Assembly: GCA_963705165.1 (NCBI GenBank)
Contig: CAVPJD010000020.1
Coordinates: 1 to 64,000 of the forward strand
Length of the DNA: 64,000 nucleotides
Direction: 5' to 3'
From: an uncultured delta proteobacterium
Lineage (GTDB): Bacteria > Desulfobacterota > Syntrophia > Syntrophales > UBA2192
Numbering within the stretch: the first letter of the stretch is position 1; every line of letters starts with the position of its first letter. The notes under the pieces are model-generated. The model had not been told where the DNA came from and searched no databases. It saw nothing but the letters and a program-made list of their open reading frames with translations. Of this stretch, positions 58,833-64,000 are shown piece by piece. A program made the translations under genes and the position numbers.

Positions 58833-59063
58833 ATGAGCGAAAGAATCCATGTAATTTTTTCGAGCACGAACAAAAACTTTCTCTACAACTGCGAGATCCC
58901 GATTTCCATGCTGCCGAGAATCGGCGAGCGAATCCGGCTGAGCATCCCGGGCCACTCGGATATCCGCTGCTACGTGGAAGACATGGAATGGCAGTATGCC
59001 GAGCTGGAAAAGGCAATCGATATCTCGATCGTTGCACGGATCAAGATGCTGCAGGAAGACTAA
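58833..59063 (+). CDS. Small hypothetical protein (76 aa)
   Basis: AAAGGAG RBS; LPRIGERI motif; upstream TTGACG-N17-TAACGA. Confidence 0.65.
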   Translation: MSERIHVIFSSTNKNFLYNCEIPISMLPRIGERIRLSIPGHSDIRCYVEDMEWQYAELEKAIDISIVARIKMLQED

Positions 59064-59066
59064 AAA

Positions 59067-59145
59067 AGTGTTCAGTGGCTAGTGGTCAGTGGCCAGTGAA
59101 AATACCGGAGATGATAAAAGACTGACCATTGAACACTGATCACTG
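59067..59145. repeat. Heptamer-arm imperfect palindrome (AGTGNYY / CACTGA) between convergent genes
   Basis: agtgttc agtggct agtggtc agtggcc agtg ... actgacc attgaac actgatc actg. Confidence 0.8.
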
Positions 59146-59160
59146 CGGCCTCATTGCCGC

Positions 59161-59364
59161 CTACAAACGCCGCGCGATCATCTGCAGCAACATTCCCGCA
59201 ATGAGCAAAAAGACGTACACTTGGCCGAGCAGCAGGATCTGCTGTGTCGATATGATCTCCGCCATCCCCAGGGCAATCACAACCGCAAAGAAGGCAAGCC
59301 CCCCCACGATCAGCCAGTAGGCGAATTTCGCATTTTTCAGCCATTCACGCCAGGGTGTTTCCAT
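59161..59364 (-). CDS. Small 2-TM membrane protein
   Basis: Two hydrophobic helices, ATG start. Confidence 0.6.
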   Translation of the reverse strand: METPWREWLKNAKFAYWLIVGGLAFFAVVIALGMAEIISTQQILLLGQVYVFLLIAGMLLQMIARRL

Positions 59365-59439
59365 CGTATTCCCATTCTCAGGATCGTTTGCGAGTTGACA
59401 GGCCGTCTGTTTTCACATAGAAAAAGCGCAGGGGATACC

Positions 59440-59898
59440 ATGCATCGACGGGACGTAACAATCATTCTCTTCTTATGCATGCTGCTGCTTGCGGGGTGCA
59501 CCGGTCTTTTTTTTGACGAGCCCACCATCACCCTGAAAGAAATACACGTCCGCCAGCTCTCCCTAACCGATGCGTCCCTTGTCTTCGTTGCCGAGATCCA
59601 GAACCCCAACAGCTATGAGCTGCGACTGAAGTCGCTCGACTACACCGTTCACCTGGACGGCCGCGAGACGGGCAGCGGCTCGCTGCAGAAGGAGATTTCC
59701 GTTCCCGCCTCCTCGTCGGCCCCCGTGGAGATACCTGTTACAGCCCGCTTCGGCAGCCTGGGTGCCGTCGCCAAAATGTACATCTCCGGCCAGGAGCTTC
59801 CCTACCGGATCGAAGGCAAGGCCCTCGTGAAGGCCGGCCTCTTCGACCGCACCTTCCCCTTCTCCCGCACCGGCACCCTCTCCACGAAAAAAGGATAG
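59440..59898 (+). CDS. LEA_2/WHy-domain lipoprotein
   Basis: LLAGC lipobox; P.I.L, IQNPNSYEL, LDYTV; upstream TTGACA-N17-TAGAAA. Confidence 0.88.
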   Translation: MHRRDVTIILFLCMLLLAGCTGLFFDEPTITLKEIHVRQLSLTDASLVFVAEIQNPNSYELRLKSLDYTVHLDGRETGSGSLQKEISVPASSSAPVEIPVTARFGSLGAVAKMYISGQELPYRIEGKALVKAGLFDRTFPFSRTGTLSTKKG

Positions 59899-59913
59899 CC
59901 CCTCTTTGTTCTT

Positions 59914-59946
59914 CCCCTATACCCTGTACCCTGTACCCTTGACCCT
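59914..59946 (-). repeat. Heptamer GGGTAYA tract, 5 G-runs, fused to the TAG stop
   Basis: Minus strand ta-gggtcaa gggtaca gggtaca gggtata gggg. Confidence 0.9.
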
Positions 59947-61327
59947 ATATTTCATAGCTCTCCCCCAGCGATGGGACTTTCGTCACAAAACCCAACTTCT
60001 CCTTCACCTGCTTTTCGAACTCGAGGGCGCTCGCTTCCTCGCCGTGGACGATGAAGACCTCGGGCTTGTTCTTAAAGAGGCCCAGCCACTCCAACAGCTC
60101 CTTCTGGTCGGCGTGAGCCGAGAAGCCGCCGATCGTGTAGATGCGGGACCGGACGGCGACCTTGTCGCCGAGGATGTAAACTTCCTTCGTCCCGTCGACG
60201 ATGACCCGCCCCAGAGTCCCTTTGGCCTGGAACCCCACGAAGACGACACTGCACTCCGGGCGCCAAAGGTTGTGCTTGAGGTGGTGGCGGATGCGCCCGC
60301 CGTCACACATGCCGCTCCCGGCCAGTACAATGACACCTGAGGTGATCCGGTTGAGCTTCATGGATTCCTGGACGGAGGAGGTGAAGTGGACGCGGACGGC
60401 TTTGCCCTTCTTTTTCCCGAAGAGGCGCTTCGCATCCTCGTCGAAAAGCTCGGGATGGGAAAAATAGACCTTTGTGACCTCGTCGGCCAGCGGGCTGTCC
60501 ACGTAGATATCCAGAGGTGAGGCCAGCCGCCCCTCGCGGACAAGCTTGTTGAAAATGTAGAGGAGGTCCTGCGTGCGCCCCACGGCAAAGGAGGGGATGT
60601 ATACGTTTCCGCCCCGCTTGAAGGTAGACTCGACGGCCCCGGCAAGCTCCTCCAGGCTGTCTTCCTTCCCCTTGTGGAGGCGGTTTCCGTAAGTGGATTC
60701 CACGACGACATAGTCGGCCTCGGCTGCGTGCTGGGGGTCCTGGACGATGGGGTTGCCCTTCTTCCCGATATCGCCCGAGAAGACGATTTTCTTCTCGGGG
60801 TTATTCCGGTACCAGAGCTCCAGGGTCCCCGACCCGAGGATGTGCCCGGCATCGCAGAAGCGGTATCGGATCACACTGTCCAGGGCATAGGTTTCCCCGT
60901 ACTGTTTCTTCTCGAAGAAGGCGATGGAGGCCATGGCATCCTCGACGGTGTAGAGGGGCTCGACGACCTTATCGCTTCCGGCGCGCCGGGCCTTCTTCGT
61001 CATCCACGCGGCATCCATCTCCTGGATGTGGGCCGAGTCGGCCAGCATGACCCGGACCAGCTCCGCCGTGGCGGCCGTCGTGATGATCTTCCCCTTGAAG
61101 CCCTCGCGGACCAGGCGCGGCACGAGCCCCGTGTGGTCGATGTGGGCGTGGGTCAAAAAGACGCAGTCAATCTCCCTGGGGTTGAAGCCGAAGGGCTTGC
61201 GGTTGAGTTCGTCGGAATCGTGACCCTGGTGCATCCCGCAGTCCACGAGGAACTGCAGGCCGTTTACGGAGAGCTGGTAGCAGGATCCCGTTACTTTTCG
61301 CGCCGCGCCGAGGAAGGTGATCTTCAT
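59945..61327 (-). CDS. MBL-fold beta-CASP ribonuclease-family protein
   Basis: MKITFLGAA..VTGS, LTHAHIDH, AGHILGS, FSGDIG, ESTYG, GFSAHAD, VHGE. Confidence 0.93.
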   Translation of the reverse strand: MKITFLGAARKVTGSCYQLSVNGLQFLVDCGMHQGHDSDELNRKPFGFNPREIDCVFLTHAHIDHTGLVPRLVREGFKGKIITTAATAELVRVMLADSAHIQEMDAAWMTKKARRAGSDKVVEPLYTVEDAMASIAFFEKKQYGETYALDSVIRYRFCDAGHILGSGTLELWYRNNPEKKIVFSGDIGKKGNPIVQDPQHAAEADYVVVESTYGNRLHKGKEDSLEELAGAVESTFKRGGNVYIPSFAVGRTQDLLYIFNKLVREGRLASPLDIYVDSPLADEVTKVYFSHPELFDEDAKRLFGKKKGKAVRVHFTSSVQESMKLNRITSGVIVLAGSGMCDGGRIRHHLKHNLWRPECSVVFVGFQAKGTLGRVIVDGTKEVYILGDKVAVRSRIYTIGGFSAHADQKELLEWLGLFKNKPEVFIVHGEEASALEFEKQVKEKLGFVTKVPSLGESYEI

Positions 61328-61454
61328 AATAAGGAAGCCTCGCAGTCGTTTGAATGGTGAATGGGAGATGCAAACTGGACAGACCGCAACAAATGATTCA
61401 TATAACAGTTGCTGCGGGCATGCAACTGAATTGACCCCGCGGGGAAGGATATGG

Positions 61455-62069
61455 ATGAGCAACCACGCATTGGAAACAAAGGCGCGGTGGGACCGCCTGG
61501 CGAAACACTATGGCCTCGTCGAATTCCTCTCGGAGTGGTACCTGAAGCCGTTTCGAAAGGCCTTGTGGGCCCGCGCCGAAGGACGCATCCTCGAAGCGGG
61601 CGCCGGGACGGGGCTCAACATCGCCTTCTACCCGGCCGAGGCCCGGGTCACGGCGACGGATCTTTCCGGGGCGATGCTCGTCAGGGCCCGGGAGCGCGCC
61701 GGCGAGAGGCAGATCCACGTCACATTCCATGAGGCGGATCTCTGCAACCTCCCCTTCGCGGACGGCACCTTCGACACGGCCGTGGCGACCTTCGTCTTCT
61801 GCTCCCTGCCGGACCCGGTTGCGTGCCTGCGGGAGATGGGCCGTGTGACCAGGCCCGGCGGGCAGATCCTTCTTCTTGATCACGTCAGGATCGAGCGCCC
61901 GCTGATCGGCCCTCTCATGGACCGGCTCAACGCTGCGACGGTCCGCCTCGCCGGGGAGTACATCAATCACCGGATGGATGAATTCGTGCGTTCGGCAGGC
62001 TTTGAGATCGTCGAAAGCCGAAGGCTCGGCTTCATGGGGATCATCCAGCTTATTGCGGCGCGCGCGTGA
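61455..62069 (+). CDS. Class I SAM-dependent methyltransferase
   Basis: ILEAGAGTG, DLS..ML, LPF.D..FD, VFCS, RPGG. Confidence 0.9.
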   Translation: MSNHALETKARWDRLAKHYGLVEFLSEWYLKPFRKALWARAEGRILEAGAGTGLNIAFYPAEARVTATDLSGAMLVRARERAGERQIHVTFHEADLCNLPFADGTFDTAVATFVFCSLPDPVACLREMGRVTRPGGQILLLDHVRIERPLIGPLMDRLNAATVRLAGEYINHRMDEFVRSAGFEIVESRRLGFMGIIQLIAARA

Positions 62070-62100
62070 GCGTTACACGTTCGTCACGGAGGCTTTGTCC

Positions 62101-62129
62101 TTGACAGTCCGGTACCGCTTCCCTAGAGT
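62101..62129 (+). promoter_or_regulatory. Sigma70-like promoter of the PEPCK gene
   Basis: TTGACA-N17-TAGAGT. Confidence 0.6.
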
Positions 62130-62186
62130 TGATATCAACACAATATTTCGCCGCACAACGAGCGGACATCCGAAAGGGACAGGCGC

Positions 62187-63839
62187 ATGAACACCTTCAA
62201 ACAGGCCGCCGTCAAGATATACAACGACGCCAAAAAAGAGAAGCGCCTGACCGAGGGCCGCACCCTCGATGAGCTCAAGCGCATCGCCCTGCGCCACGAG
62301 GGCGTGATCCAGACGCAGGCCGGCTCCGTGGCGGCGGACTCGGAGCCCATGAACCGCTGCGCCCCCCACACCCGCAACAGCGTCGACCACCCCTTCGGCG
62401 AGCCCGAGGACAACCTCGCCCGGCAGGCCGTGGAGCGCCTCTCGAAGGAAAAAATCGTCTGCCTCGACACGATGGTGGGCGACGGCCGCGACGGGGTCAC
62501 GGCGCGCTTCATCATGCCCGAGCAGTACGCCCAGATCGCCTACGGCCTGAAACTTCTCATGGATTACCCCGCAGCAAGGGTCGTCGAGGAGCCCACCTAC
62601 ACGATCATTTTCTTCACCGACGAAGCTTTCGAGCCGAACAAAAAAAAGAAGCTCCTGGACAAAGACGTCGCCGTGCGCCTCTGGATGGGCGAGAAGCGGG
62701 GCGAGCAGGTCAAGATCTGCCGCAACACCGTCTACCTCGGCGAGGGGAAGAAGGGCGTCTTCATGTTCGAGGACTGGCGCGTGAAGGCCATCGACAAGAC
62801 CGGGATCTTCCTCCATGCCGGCGCCCGGAGGGACTGGCTCTGGATCCATGATCTCGAGACGGACAGGCCCGAGCTGACGGAAGTCGTCACGGCCATCTCG
62901 GGGCTCACGGCCACAGGGAAAACGACGACGCTGTGCCGCCGCCTTGCCCGCCTGCCGCGGGAGAGCTCCGAAATGATCGGCGACGACGGCGGGACCTTCG
63001 CCTTCGACGGCGGCTATGCCGCTTTCGAGATCGGCGGGCTCTATGTGAAAACAGAAGGCCTTGACCAGAGCCAGCCCGAGATCCTCCGGGCGGCCGAGTC
63101 GAGGGACGCCTTCCTGGAAAACGTGGCCGTCACCCGATACCCCTACGTGCCGGACTTCATGGATACCCGCAAGACCGGAAACGGCCGCGCCATCGTGACA
63201 CGGGAGAAGCTGGAGATCGCAAGCCCAGGGCTTCGCGCCGACCGGCTCCACTACATCGTCATGCTCACGCGTAACCCGCTGGCCAACGTGATCAGCAAGC
63301 TCACGCCCGAACAGGCCACCATGCAGTTCATCTATGGAGAGTCCATCGAGAGCTCGGGAGGCAACCCCGAGGAGGCGGGCAGGTTCAAGCGCGAGTTCTT
63401 CCTCGACCCCTTTGTGGCGGGAGATCGGCTCGAGCACGCCATGATCTTCTATGAGATCCTCCGAAAGAGCCGAATCAAGTGCTACCTCGCTAACACGGGC
63501 ACCATCGGCCAGGACGATCTGAAGGTGGCTCTTCGGCAGTCGCTTGCGACCTATAACGATTTGCTGCGCTACCAGCTCCGTTTCAGCTACGAGCCCGACT
63601 ACCTGGGGCTGCACTACCCGATCAAGTGCGACCGGGCAAACCTCGATCTCATGATCGCCCACCGGCTCTTCCCCGACAAGGAGCTGCTGAAGAAGAAGCT
63701 CACCGATTTCTTCCGCGGCCGCGAGCATTTCCTGGAGGCCTTCGAGGGCAAATACGGGAAGATCCCCGAGGCGATCCGCGAATCCGTCCCCTACCGCTAC
63801 CGCGACATCAACGACAGCGAGAGGATCATGGCGGAGTAA
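62187..63839 (+). CDS. Divergent phosphoenolpyruvate carboxykinase (ATP-type fold)
   Basis: YLGEGKKG, LHAG, SGLTATGKTT, IGDDG, LENV, TGNGR, NTG. Confidence 0.8.
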   Translation: MNTFKQAAVKIYNDAKKEKRLTEGRTLDELKRIALRHEGVIQTQAGSVAADSEPMNRCAPHTRNSVDHPFGEPEDNLARQAVERLSKEKIVCLDTMVGDGRDGVTARFIMPEQYAQIAYGLKLLMDYPAARVVEEPTYTIIFFTDEAFEPNKKKKLLDKDVAVRLWMGEKRGEQVKICRNTVYLGEGKKGVFMFEDWRVKAIDKTGIFLHAGARRDWLWIHDLETDRPELTEVVTAISGLTATGKTTTLCRRLARLPRESSEMIGDDGGTFAFDGGYAAFEIGGLYVKTEGLDQSQPEILRAAESRDAFLENVAVTRYPYVPDFMDTRKTGNGRAIVTREKLEIASPGLRADRLHYIVMLTRNPLANVISKLTPEQATMQFIYGESIESSGGNPEEAGRFKREFFLDPFVAGDRLEHAMIFYEILRKSRIKCYLANTGTIGQDDLKVALRQSLATYNDLLRYQLRFSYEPDYLGLHYPIKCDRANLDLMIAHRLFPDKELLKKKLTDFFRGREHFLEAFEGKYGKIPEAIRESVPYRYRDINDSERIMAE

Positions 63840-63892
63840 CGAAGGGAAGGTTCGAGGAGCGAGGAAGAAAAACAAGCATCAAAAGGAGCTGC

Positions 63893-64000
63893 ATGATGCC
63901 CGCAGAAACAATGCAGTCCAGCAGAGAGATGCGGGGCAAACGCAAGCCTTCGATGCTGATTCTAGGCAGCTTCGAAAAGCTGAAGCAGGATCTGATCCCC
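63893..64000 (+). CDS. 5' end of a gene running off the window
   Basis: AAAGGAG RBS, ATG, open to the edge (MMPAETMQSS..). Confidence 0.55.
   Translation, partial: MMPAETMQSSREMRGKRKPSMLILGSFEKLKQDLIP

Overview
A GC-rich bacterial chromosome segment. Gene content and protein styles suggest an anaerobic Desulfobacterota (Syntrophales-like) organism; this is inference. Most of it is housekeeping: a PIN/AbrB toxin-antitoxin pair, an N-terminal-only GlmU, two CNNM proteins, purD-purH-purE, a K+ channel, gmhA-grpE-dnaK, surE, hrpA, an orphan groEL, a MoxR/VWA pair, DEAD-box and RRM genes, hydrolases, a beta-CASP nuclease and a divergent PEP carboxykinase. I found no rRNA, tRNA, CRISPR array, transposase or integrase. 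Four things stand out. (1) A tungstate/molybdate locus (37.7-44.1 kb) with an HTH-PBP regulator, two divergent TupA paralogs, TupBC, a TiaS-N-like protein, a small protein and a single-subunit homolog of the molybdenum storage protein, i.e. a candidate tungsten uptake and storage system. (2) A SAMHD1-like HD dNTPase next to a full-length class III ribonucleotide reductase homolog whose catalytic cysteine positions appear substituted (possible pseudoenzyme). (3) About 20 intergenic 7- or 8-nt-period repeat tracts and imperfect palindromes, mostly starting at or near stop codons with the purine-rich strand in the mRNA sense; several match the G-quadruplex pattern. (4) Unannotated small genes (a 27-aa hydrophobic peptide with RBS and terminator; a sigma54-driven 73-aa membrane protein) and a truncated tsaC/sua5 remnant. 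All family calls come from motif recognition by eye; no searches were run.
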